A stretch of DNA of 60,790 bases, counting the filler, from Sphacelaria rigidula (Eukaryota), in NCBI GenBank assembly GCA_964200075.2. It is 9 parts of 9 records of this genome, joined end to end, with 100 filler letters (N's around TTAATTAATTAA, not from the genome) between each part and the next. Parts side by side here need not be neighbours in the genome. Positions count along the whole stretch, not along the records: positions 47,363 to 54,026 come from CAXNAA020018748.1; positions 54,127 to 60,790 come from CAXNAA020018749.1; 7 more parts are not named here. One strand, written 5' to 3'. Each line of letters opens with the position of its first letter. Position 1 is the stretch's first letter. Below, piece after piece: positions 49,826 to 60,790 of the stretch. The translations under genes were made by a program, and so were the position numbers. The notes below the pieces were generated by a model that was given only the letters and a program-made list of their open reading frames with translations, made no database searches and was not told the origin of the DNA.

Positions 49826-52800
49826 TGTGCACTTGTGAGGCGTTTTGCGTGGCCGTGGCGCGCTTCCTCGAACTTCACCGCTTATAGCCGAGCAAGAAAT
49901 TTGTCTCTAGAGATCTTGATGAGTTAAGCGAATGACTGACCCGCATGGGGCGCTGCATCGACGTGCATCTATTATTTCTTGAGAAGTCACCCGCTAGCTA
50001 GGCGCATGGTTCCATCTGAACCTTCTTTCTAAATCTCAGCCCTTGAACCTCAACTGTAGAGGTTTCGATGTGTAGCCACGGAGCTGTTCTAGCTCGGCTG
50101 AATCACACTGGCTATAGTACTGCGTCCCGAACTGTTCCTGATGGTACCTCGCACTGAACCGTACTGGCTCCGGTTCCTGGACCGTTACTGCCGGTGCCTT
50201 CTTCTGCCTCGCATTGGCTCCTACTAGGCTGGTTGATTTCACACGAGATAATCTACGTGTGAAATCCATGCCAAATACATAACCTGCACACTCCCCCATG
50301 ATCGCCCAGTGGGAAGACTGGAGAGGTGATACGCCCCCACCCAACGTGTTGGAAACGAGATTAACGAATCTATACATTGAATGCCCTCGAAGCCGCGTGG
50401 TGGACCTGGACCCTCCGGCCTCATTCCGACCACCGCCACTTTTTTCCGTTTCAACATATTTCGTCGAGAAAGGCGACTCGTACGTTTCTTAGCTTTGTGC
50501 GAGGCTATCCTTGCGTCGCATGTATCTCGCACCCTCCGGTGGTCCCTCCATCGCCTTTGTCCCTTCCTTCGCCGTGGGCTATTCCTTCGCTTCTTCGCCG
50601 AGAGTGGATCAGTCCATGGTCGGTGCGCATATATTCTCGAGCTTCGCCTCTTCGACATAGCCCAGCGTCTCCGGCGCTTCGGTGATTCGGCCCCGTTCAC
50701 AGTCACCCCCGCTTGGGACGGCGCGACCCTCCATCCAGTCCGAACTGCGGCTCCTTATTTGTCCGCGGGGCCGCTGTCTTCGCGCCTTCGGAGCTGTGGT
50801 CCGCGCCTGGTGTTGCATGAGATATAGGCTTCACCGGTGGAACCCGTGGTCCCAGTGGTTCACCGACCTCTCAGCTCTGACGCTTGTTGTACTTCCCTTG
50901 AATGTTCTTCCATGCCTACTTTCCACCTACCTGTCCGCATCGGGCCCTACCAGGGTTTTTTCCATGGTTGATGGTTCCCTAGGTCTAGTAGCGATTCCGC
51001 CCTCGAGCATGCAGCATGCGCGTTCATCCTGATTGCCAAAAAGGGCGCAACTATCGATTTTTCCGCGATCGGCACTGCTGTCGTCAGAACTCCTGGAGTG
51101 ATGTTGCGTGTTTCCCGCCCGACGCCGATGCGTCAGTCGACTGAACTTGTGCAGTCCACTGTCCAGAGAAGAGCGCTTCGATGATGCCGGGTCTTGCGGT
51201 GGTTGTCCACCTGGGCCATTACCGCCGTCGATTCGTTCTGCTCCCTCTTCTTCCCACAGTTTATCCTCGTCGTCGTTCAGTTCGACAGCCTTTGGCTTCC
51301 CCACGACATCTAGGACATTGACCTCTGATTCGAACATGAGTTGTGAAGACTTCACGAGCAAGGATCCCTGCATTAGCCATACATACTCGCAGAGCGAGTG
51401 TCGATCGTGCCCCACCAAGATGCCCCGCTTCGCATGCGGGTGAAACCTTGCAGCGGCGCCGCGTTGCTCCTTGTGTTTGTGCATGAAACATTCCGATCCC
51501 CAAGTACGAAGCCGATCGTACTTGAAAGGCTTGCCCGTCAGCCTCCCACATGGGGTCTCGCCCCCACGGAACACGTGGGGCATTCCTGTGGTCGTGAATG
51601 CCGCGTTCGCCGTAGTCAAGAAACGGTCAACCTCTCCGCGTCCCGCTTTCACCTGTTGGCTACGTGATATCCTCATCAGTTGTTGAATTTGCGCGTTCAG
51701 GAACTCTATTGCCTTGCGGTGTCCTTGGTGGTTAGCATGACCACTTTTTGCCGCGATTGGCCAGCACGCGTTGAAATTCGACTGACCGTTCGAGTTCTCC
51801 AGCGCCGTCTCCCGCTCATACTTTTGGTGCTAGTCCCTCACGGGGCATTTCGTCGATGTAAGATCCGGTGGCATCAGTGGCAGCATCTCAGGTCTTCAAT
51901 CCAACAACATACTTGTCTCGACTGGCCTCGTCCACGAGAACCTGAAAGCATTTTATATATGCCCGTGACATCGGCGTTGAAAGGCCCTTCAAGGCCGGTG
52001 TGCACGGCTTCACGTGGTGCTTTGGGATTCCTGCCACCGCGGCCGTAGCTGAGCGCCTCGGATTTGCATTCCTTACAGACGCTGCACCGCATCTCAGAGG
52101 CCACCATGACCTCGGTTACATCGACCAGCCCACGACGACGAGGTGTTTCATCGCAACCGGATCGATGTGTCCTAGGTGCCGCGTCATTGCTTCAATGTGA
52201 GGCGTTGCTTCTTACTCGCAAACGAAGCATGCGCCGACGCCGCATGTTTGACACTCCCTTATAGAGATGCTCCGTCTCGAAAGGGATGCGTGGTCAATGG
52301 TCTAACGACTAAGGCAAGCAACAAATGAGTACGCTCCCCCATGCTCCGCCTCGAAAGGGATGCGTGGTCAATGGTCAAACGACTAAGGCAAGCAACAAAT
52401 GAGTACGCCCCCCACTATAGAGATGCCGACAGGCTGAGTAAACCTGTATCCTCGGCTAGGGGAATCTTCGAACCATCCTTCCCAAATCGAAGGTAGTTCT
52501 CCTTCTTACCGTAATCCACGAATTCTACTCGATTACACCGAAATCATTACGGTACTTAGCAGCTCGCTAGGTAGTCTTGAGACCCAACGTACGTCCTTCA
52601 ATCTGTTCGGCTTCAGTGCTTCCAAGCACCTCGGTTTACCCCCAGATGGCGTCCAGCTCCACCATAAAATCTCTTGATTCTTCTGCGAGATTGCATCGAA
52701 TATCCCGTAGTCTTCGTTCCGATGAAAGTAGTTGCGCAGGCCGCTCGTCCTGTGCACGTTCCCTGTAGATCCTTTCGAGCCACAGCGAGGCTTCCCTGCC

Positions 52801-53516
52801 GTCGTGCTTGCATCGTGCGACGATGGCTGCGGCTGACCCTTCCGTAGCCTTTACCGTGAGCAACCGTTGATGCGTTTCGTACGCACTACGCTGATCTGGT
52901 GTCGTTGTGTTATCCGGCTGTAGCAGAGGGAATAGCCGCGTCCACCCGGCGTATCCCGCGATCGCGAGTCTCCATGGTTCCCACGTATCCCGCCAGTGCC
53001 CACGAGCGCCGGTTCACATGGGAAGCTTTCGTGGGTCTGCCTCCATGCTCCTTGAGGCTCACTGAACTGTGCACTGGTGAGGCGTCTTACGCGACCGTGG
53101 CCCGCTTGCTCGCACTTCATCACTTATAGCGGAGAAAGACAATCGTCGCGAGAGATCTTGATGGGTTGAGCAGACGACTGGCCCGCATGGGGCGTTGCAC
53201 CACCATGCATCTAATATCCTCTAGCTAGGTGCACGGTTCCATCTGAACCCTCTCTCTGAACCTCAGTCCTCAACCCCGACTTTCGAGTTTTGGATATGGA
53301 ACCACGGAGCCGTTCTGACTCGGCTGAATCACACTGGCTACAGTATCGATTCTCGAACCGTTCCTGTTGGTACCTCGCACTGAATCGCACTGGCTCCGGT
53401 TCCTGGACCGTTCCTACCGATGCCTTGTACTGAACCATACTGACTCCTACGAGGCCGATTGATTGTGCACGCGATCATGTACGTTAAATATATATGCCCA
53501 ATGCATAATCTGCACA
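49826..53516 (-). mobile_element. Old, internally deleted Ty1/copia LTR retrotransposon (3.7 kb): 5' LTR 53516-53068, 3' LTR 50290-49826
   Basis: Two colinear diverged LTRs with TGTGCA...TGCACA ends and a PPT ATGGGGGAG next to the 3' LTR. Gag-like DGREASLWLERIY; CSVCKECK...VHTGLEGP; integrase C-terminus LRTWGSEC...AKRGILVGHD; EPSTMEKTLVGPDADR at the RT start. Domain order is INT then RT, and most of RT is missing. Confidence 0.9.
52260..52426 (+). mobile_element. Tandem dimer of a 74-bp retroposon-like fragment flanked by an 11-bp direct repeat (TATAGAGATGC), inside the copia; third copy 33833-33911 (-)
   Basis: Units 52267-52340 and 52341-52413 are nearly identical; the 33833 copy ends in a (CCCA)n tail. 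Confidence 0.75.
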
Positions 53517-54316
53517 CCTACATGACACGTGAGTACGTCGGCCTTCCAACAGGCCCGACTGGTGTAATCATTTGTTAAGGGTTGAGAAAAGGTGGTCGCG
53601 GTATCCCCAGCCTCCTCCCGCCATCTCATTCGGTGAATGGGGACGAATGAGGTTGCTGGAAGTCCGGAGGACGTTCGTAGCTGTCATTTACGCACCAAGT
53701 ATACCACTATATTGAAGACGCAAAGTGTTGATGCCAAGTGCATACAAACCCAAACTCCGGCGGCGTGAAGCACACGGTATCATCGACAGTACAACATCGC
53801 GATCAAGTGCGGTATACGTGTATATCACACCCTGGATAATAGGCAATAGGGTAATAGAGTATCGGTAGGATCCTATTCCAATAGGGTATTAGTACCTTCA
53901 ACAGTTATCGATATCGAGATTTCGCAGCTGCTGTTACCGGGCATAGGTATGGATTGGTTCTCCATGTACCTATTATTCGACCAGATACATATCGACATCA
54001 AGTTCGACAACCTATTGCTCCACAGANNNNNNNNNNNNNNNNNNNNNNNNNNNNNNNNNNNNNNNNNNNNTTAATTAATTAANNNNNNNNNNNNNNNNNN
54101 NNNNNNNNNNNNNNNNNNNNNNNNNNCGTAAGGGGAGTGGAGGCACCAAACCCGCCAAAAACACGAGGCGGAACAGTAGAAAGGCAATGTTTATCTGCTG
54201 CTCCAGCGTTCATCATGTGTTGCCAGCAGCTGGCTGTGATGAAAGTTTGTGGCGAGCCAGTGTCGGGCAGGGCAACGGCCATCCGACATGTGATCTGCAG
54301 CCACATCGCTCTTGTG

Positions 54317-55252
54317 TTAGGCAATGGTACTAAAATATACTCGAGATTGATCCTCTGGAGCGAATGTGTTTTCCAAAGGGCCGTCGTGGCACGGGGGGTT
54401 GTGCATGGCGAGTGGTGCAGTAGACGAATGTTGGATTTCGTACACAGTCAGGGATGAACGACGCCTGGGAAAGGAAGTGGATGTGGATGTTTGCAATAAT
54501 TGTTTGGAGCTATGAGAAACAGGGGAGAAACAGTCCTGATCGGACTGCAATTTGGACGGCACAGCCGGGGTTTGTCCGGCACCATGAGACATACATGCAG
54601 GGCGTAGCGATTTTACTGTCCCAGCAGTTGTCAACGCTACATTATTCGTCAACATAGATTCCGAGGTGTCGGCAGGAAGCGGTGCTGATCTGTTCGGGAT
54701 CTGAGAAACACGCACCTGTTCTACGACAAGGCCTTCATCCGCTGTGCCCGGCACCCGGGAACCTTCTTGGTGGGCGGATGCAGCGGCAGCTACAGGTTTA
54801 TTTACAGTTTGATCCGGAAGAGCCTTCTCCTGGTGTCGCGTATAGCGCACTCTAGAGCCGGCTGTTACAGGGGCTTTTGGGAAGTTGGCAAGGTCAGTCC
54901 GTTCGTGGCTACACGTGTGGCGCTTGGTCGGCACTGGCGCTTGGGGTTCCTTCCCAACCCGCTGAGCTACGGAAAGCAAGGGTTCGGCACTGGCGCGCGT
55001 AGTGCACGAAAAATTACGCTCACCAGATAAAAGGGGACCGGGCACACACGGAATTTCACACGCATGTGGTAAGGTGTTCGACTGGACTCCGGAGTCCTTC
55101 TCGGGGCTGAGGAGTCTCTGTAAACGTTCCATCCTACGATGAACGGTCGTAGGGGTAGCAGCTACCGTATCAGAAGATGTTCCTGCTTCTAAGGCGGTAG
55201 GCGCTACGCTACACGACGCCGATTCCGCGGGGCGATCGGATCCAACTGCCAT
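54317..55252 (-). CDS. Probable exon of an uncharacterised Ser/Pro/Thr/Ala-rich protein
   Basis: 311-codon ORF in non-repetitive sequence with disordered-protein composition; splice boundaries not determined; no recognisable domain. Confidence 0.4.
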   Translation of the reverse strand: MAVGSDRPAESASCSVAPTALEAGTSSDTVAATPTTVHRRMERLQRLLSPEKDSGVQSNTLPHACEIPCVPGPLLSGERNFSCTTRASAEPLLSVAQRVGKEPQAPVPTKRHTCSHERTDLANFPKAPVTAGSRVRYTRHQEKALPDQTVNKPVAAAASAHQEGSRVPGTADEGLVVEQVRVSQIPNRSAPLPADTSESMLTNNVALTTAGTVKSLRPACMSHGAGQTPAVPSKLQSDQDCFSPVSHSSKQLLQTSTSTSFPRRRSSLTVYEIQHSSTAPLAMHNPPCHDGPLENTFAPEDQSRVYFSTIA

Positions 55253-57222
55253 TGATTACTACCACTCGGAAATACAACTGGGTGATCAGATCCAGTATGA
55301 AAGCACTGGGGTTGGTCATTGCGCACTTGGGAGTCATGTGATGTTGCACGGGACTGTGCTATCATGGAACCCATCATGACAGAACGGTCATCGCCAGCGT
55401 ACCCACACCACAAGCGAGAACCCACGCTGGCCGACGAGGATTTTGTTAAGTGGTGATGGTGCACTGGCTGAGTGAAAGAAAATATATTGCCGCGGGTTTG
55501 TTGGTGAAGTTGTTGGGGCCCGACTGTGGACCTGTGGTCGACAATGAGGTTTGAAGTGCAAGTGTTACGCTTCGTCGTGGGAGACAGCACAGTTGTTGAG
55601 GACTGAGGCGGAACGAAAAATAAAAGAAACCTAGTGGCAGGGTACAGTCGACAGGTTTCGAACGAAATGTAGGTCCGCGCACTCCGCACATGGAGCGGTA
55701 TATCACCTTTTTAATTAGGTGCGGACGAAAGGGAAAAATACACATATATATGTCGAAGGCACACAGCAAACCTATGTGTGTGTTGGAATAACTTGTAGCA
55801 GCAAGAGACAAAAAAACGAAGGGTGTCCCAGTCAACAGACATACAGTGTCTGTCACTAGCGCAATAGCGCATTAACAAACCGGCTTACCGCGAAGGAACA
55901 GACGTGTCGGATGCAGCGAACAGCAACGTGAAATCGCTCAGCGCTATTTTGAGAACACGTGGAGGCTCAGAAATATATATATATATATATATATAGAACT
56001 ACCGGATGCTGTGTCTAGAGGCAATACCAGCGCAGCTGGTGATACTGATTATAGTACCGCGTAGTTCACTGAAAATCGCCCCGAGTCGGGAGTTGGTGGA
56101 CGTATCACCGTGCAGGTAAACAGGCAATAAATGTACAAGCGCAAACGTAATACAAATATGTAGCAGTGTAACAGCAGCGTGGAAAGCACCAGACAGCAAA
56201 ATGCACGGTGGCACACTACAGTACATATGATCTTCTTCGCGTGGGGTAGTGGAGGGTCGGTTCATCGGGGCTGTACCGACGTGAATTCGTTCGGATTACA
56301 CAAAGAACACCCGACACCCGGTATATCCGCGCCGTGTTCATATCTACAATGCAATATGGATGATTTCGTTCAGATAGTACAGTAGTAACGACGTATGCAC
56401 ACCACGGTACCTCGCCGTCCGCAACATATTGCCCGCCGAGACCATGTGGAACTCACACACAGGACCTTGGGAAGAGGGTGGTACTGTAGTGTTATCACGG
56501 ATGTTTGGTTCACATTCATAGTACAGGGTGGGGTCGGATGATGTACAGTCAACACCCAAGCTGGCCACAAAAACAATGTGCTGCACGGTGAGCATATTTT
56601 GAGACAGCAGGAGACGGTCAACATAAGCTACTGAAGAATAAAAGGCCGGCGATACATGCGGCGGGGTGGGTGTAGCGCAAGGGTGCACGCTGATACAGTG
56701 CCGGTGGTGGTAGAAAAGAGTTGGTATCTGATGATGTACGGGCAGCTCATGTGGGAAAACATGGAATGGGGCAGGAGAGTCACGGTATTAATTGGACTCT
56801 AGTCCATGCCAAAGTCTATCCCTAACATGGTGATGTCCATTTTCTGTTGTGGTTGGCCGTCCGTGAAGGGTCGTCGGTTGGGTGCCAGTGCCATGTTCCT
56901 CCTCCTCCCCCCCTCACTCAAATCCTCAACACTTGGAAACCGAACACAATAATATTTGCGGAAATTATGGTCGAGTGCGGAAAGTCACCTCGACGGGGTA
57001 TTTCTGGCCTGGGTTTGGTTCGTGTGCTGCGAACCATCACGGGTTATCGAGCTTGGTGGTCCGATGCCATTATCATGCACCATTTAGCACTGGGGTTCGA
57101 CCCACCAATAAATATCGACGTCATCTGCAGCTCATATGAACCAACTCAAGGTAATGCTACTGTAGCAACAACAGCAGCCGCTCGTGCGGAGAGGCGTTTG
57201 GGGAGGTTGGGCCTGGGGCTTG

Positions 57223-57437
57223 TGCAATGCGTGAGAGGACCGCGTGCTTAGAGGACCGCGCCGTAGTTCAAAACACCTCAGGATCGACGTTTTTCAAAAC
57301 CAATCGGGCCAGTCCCTGCAGGTACCACGCCCCTGACCCCAACCCTAACCCTAACCCTAACCCTAACCATAACCCTCACCATAGGATGTTCAATTCCGAT
57401 GTGGTCCTCTAAGCACGCGGTCCTCTCACGCATTACA
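57223..57437 (+). mobile_element. Telomere-repeat MITE, full length, near consensus
   Basis: ~35-bp near-perfect TIRs; tract CCCTGACCCCAA(CCCTAA)3CCATAACCCTCA. Confidence 0.95.
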
Positions 57438-58100
57438 GTTGGATACTCCCAACAAACAATCCACTTCCAACCGACGAAGGATCAGGAAGGACAATGGCAA
57501 ATGGTCGCGGAGGCAAAGTAGGTGAAATATCCTCATTCTGCTCATTGTTCTCGACGATTTGACGGAATATTTATGCGTACCACTCGGTTCGAGGAAATTG
57601 TCGATAACAAGGACTCGCAGTCGCGAATTGCAAGGGAAGGGGGCAGGGATTGGTCAGCTTATCTTGCTTGTTACACCATCGTCTGTTTGGCTCTCACTCA
57701 ACCAGTTGAGAACGAACCGCTTCACACACTGGTTGTCTACGACATCTCTACCCCCGACATCAGTGTCCTGAGAATCATCTCGTCTCTTCTGCGTTCTATT
57801 GGCCTTGCTGAGGAATAAACTGGACTTCACCGACATACAGGGTGAGCCCCTATCGCGAATGCTACACACGAGTAAGTGTAACATACAGGTGTGGCACTGC
57901 CAGTTGAACTAGGTCACGATACGGATTCATGGCGTTGGCGAGCGCTAAAAACGAATGGTGACCACTTGGTAATTTGTATGTATCTGAGAGTAGACAACAC
58001 GGATTTTGAAAGCTTCAGCTTCTGCTACAACAGCTGTGTGCCAGTGTTTCAACATTGACCTGCTGTTACGCTGTCAGAAGGTAAGGCCTGGGAATATCAC

Positions 58101-58299
58101 TGTAATGCGTGAGGGAACCGCGTGCTCAGAGGACCGCATCGGAGTTTGAACATCCCTATGGTTAGGGTTAAGGTTATGGTTTGTGTTAGGGTCAGGGTCA
58201 GGGTCAGGGACTGGCCGGATTGGTTTTGAAAAATGTCGATCCTGACGTGTTTGGAAGAGCGATGTGGTCATCTATCACGCGGTCCTCTCACGTATTATA
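58101..58299 (-). mobile_element. Telomere-repeat MITE, full length, diverged
   Basis: ATCAC|TGTAATG...TATTATA|ATCAG (4/5 TSD match). Confidence 0.9.
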
Positions 58300-59645
58300 A
58301 TCAGTACCACGAGTAGCGTAGCCTGGGTGTTGTCTCAACAGTATGGTGGGGTATTCTTGCATACCTGCTGCTCCTAAGAAATCATCGAACAAATTGGGTC
58401 CGCAACGGTAAATTGCATGAAGTGCTCGCTCCGTCCATCAGGCACATTCTGTCTTCAATTCGTGAGCTCACGAAACCAGTTGATGACGGACGCCTTCACA
58501 CTCGTTTTCTGCGACATGTGTACCCCCCGGCAGCAGTCCTCCTCCGACAGTCTACTCTTGGCTCTTTTTGTTTCGTCTTCAGCGATACCTTCACATCCAA
58601 ACGAGGTGGACCACATCACGAGCGCCACGTGCGAGTACGTGTAGCGCACATGAGCCGTGATACTTATCAGGGCTGGCTTCCTGTATTAATCAACGGCGTG
58701 TGGGGCGCTAGGGAGCAACACATCCCTTGCTTGACGGATAGAATGATTTACTGAGAAAGAAAGCAAGATAGAACATGAAATCGTACACACATTCAAATTT
58801 CTGTATCGTGTCAGTGGTTGGGGCATTTTCACTCTCCTAGTTGAAACCGCATGGACGTGCAAAATTGATTGTAGTACATGTGGTGGCTTGGGTTTAGTGC
58901 CATCTCAACATCAGGCACTCCGCCGCCGTCAATGGTTACGAGGGTGGAGGGTAAGGGTGCTTTGAGCTTTCCGTCTCGAAAGCGGCGACGCATTCTCGAT
59001 TTGTAACGTAGCAAAGCTACCATCGCCGGAAAGGTCCCAGGCATACTGCAGTACATAGCGAGAGTGGTTGCGATAGAGGTGCTCGTGAAAAGCGGTCTTC
59101 ATCCCCGGTGAAAGTGCGGTGGACCGATTTCCAAGTGTCGGGTGTTGTCGCCCATGAGGCACTTTCGAACGAGGGAAATCGATATATGGGATATAAACAG
59201 ACATTTCACAATTGAGAGGCACAGGTCATCAACAATGTTCCTCATCAATCTGCCCGTCGAGAAATGCATCGGCGAAGAGATCGAGCAAGGACTGACTGGC
59301 TGCATATATGCTCCGCCACATCGATGCGACCCTCACACGAAGCATCCCCGGAATATAAAGTGCCGTGAAGAGAGTACCTTGCACTTACACCTGCAACTGC
59401 AGAAGTGTGTCGTGCTGCACTGTATTGTACACAAGATGCTAGCCTTGTCTGGCGACCAATAAATATAGGAGTATCTATTGTCCGAACAATTTACGTATGG
59501 AGGTCATCAGAAAACACTGATGACCGGCACGGTGATGTGGGCGTGACACACCTCATATCATTTCTGCCCCACATCGCTGGTTGCGCTGTCCTGCTCGCAC
59601 ATTCGATTACCACGCACCTGAAACACAGGGCACTGAGAGTTCGCG

Positions 59646-60426
59646 ATGAAGACCTCGGTCAGCACTATAATCCTTCTGCTTGGCGCGGCTGTAAATGATA
59701 TCGCGATCGCCGCCACCGTCGACGACACATCTCAGGCTCAAGTCTCTGGCAAACGACTCCTTCAAGTTTCTGCCGATACTGCCCCCATCGTTGGTATCGC
59801 CGTTGGGTCGGTGAGACCAATCGCTGCCACATCTTCCATTGGGGGGGATTCCTCCCCAGAAATCGAAGTCGAAACGGCACTGGTCGCAACTCTCGAGTTG
59901 GATGACCAAGTGACTGGTGAGTACACGCCTCTCGCCGGGATGTGTGCCTGCTATGGGTTCCCTGTCAGCTGTGCGCGTGTGATGTTATGTATAAGTTGAT
60001 GAGTAGGAGGATTGGAATGATGATGTGCTTGTAGACCCAAGGGTAGGACACTTTTGCCGTGGATCTTGTCTCAGCTATCCAGGACATGTAAGTGCACGGT
60101 GTGCTACTGGCAGGCGGGACTCCGGGGTAGCTTGAAACATTTCGTCCCGTTCCTTCGAGGGTGTCCGAACACCCAAGATGTAGTGGAGCTGGAGCTTCCG
60201 CATGTTATCAGCGATTGAAACAGGGACGCAATGCTTCGGAGCACAGCAAGCACATTATCCACTGCTATCGATGCAGACACGTGCACGTTTCCCCCACTTC
60301 TTGCTCATTTATGCCTGCTCATCGCAATATCCAGTTACTGGCGTACAACTGGGAACACTACTGTGTGACAGCCTATCGGCGGCAGAAGACGCAAACTTCC
60401 TACGATTCGCCGTGAGCAACGACGAG
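59646..60426 (+). CDS. First two exons (59646-59916, 60335-60426) of a putative secreted protein; 3' part lies outside the window
   Basis: Signal-peptide-like MKTSVSTIILLLGAA and a KRLLQ motif. Donor G|GTGAGT (phase 1), acceptor CCAG|TT in frame, next donor GAG|GTATGA. Confidence 0.65.
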
Positions 60427-60790
60427 GTATGAGACAAAGGCGCTATCAATTCTGCCAGATATTGAAGCCGAGATGAACGCTGACGAGATACGCTTAGTAT
60501 GGGTTTTTAGCGGACTAGTGGCTCGACTAGGTAGTTATTGCTCTGATTTTAAATTTGTAGATGTCACATGTCTCAACCATTGGAAACGGTAGTTCGACGT
60601 GTTGCGCGCAGTGGCAACGGGTTCTCGCATTCAACGCGCACCTGCGAATCTGAACGTTTACCTGGCGTGCTGCCGCAGTGAAAAACACACTGGAATCATT
60701 TTTCATCTTTCCGCGTATAACAACAAATTGTGCGAATTGAGGTTTAACTTTGAGATGAGGTTCAAGCCTAAAACAGTGCTTCCCCCACAC

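Noticed and set aside
57227..57412. Recurrent small ORFs starting MRERTACLEDR with PNPNPN repeats as a gene family
   Set aside because: They are translations of the MITE TIR and CCCTAA tract; stops and frames differ between copies.
58829..59400. Minus-strand membrane-protein exon
   Set aside because: The fragments fall in different frames with stops and no convincing splice sites or family motif.

Overview
Eukaryotic, intron-rich, repeat-dense nuclear DNA. A brown alga (Phaeophyceae) is my inference from the TTAGGG-type repeats, exon style and transposon content. The window is not one locus. It is nine unrelated contigs of 6667, 6667, 6666, 6666, 6666, 6665, 6665, 6664 and 6664 bp, joined in descending length by artificial 100-nt N44-TTAATTAATTAA-N44 linkers, so neighbourhoods only mean something within a contig. 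Host genes: a spliced JIP23/nakanori-like (actinoporin-fold) gene (22782-23843), a probable protein-kinase last exon just upstream of it, a very large low-complexity exon (5839-2989, minus), a probable S/P/T-rich exon (54317-55252, minus) and the first two exons of a secreted protein (from 59646). The rest is mostly transposable-element debris: Ty3/gypsy pol fragments (one ending in a chromodomain plus an extra Tudor/SH3-like domain), an old deleted Ty1/copia element with both LTRs, a LINE remnant, mariner/hAT/MULE/rve-transposase remnants and at least five MITE families. The two best leads are the JIP23/nakanori-like gene and a very abundant ~200-230 bp TG...CA element with a 5-bp TSD and an internal telomeric (CCCTAA)n tract (10 copies in 60 kb). 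No rRNA, tRNA or CRISPR was found. All family assignments are by-eye motif recognition, not database searches.
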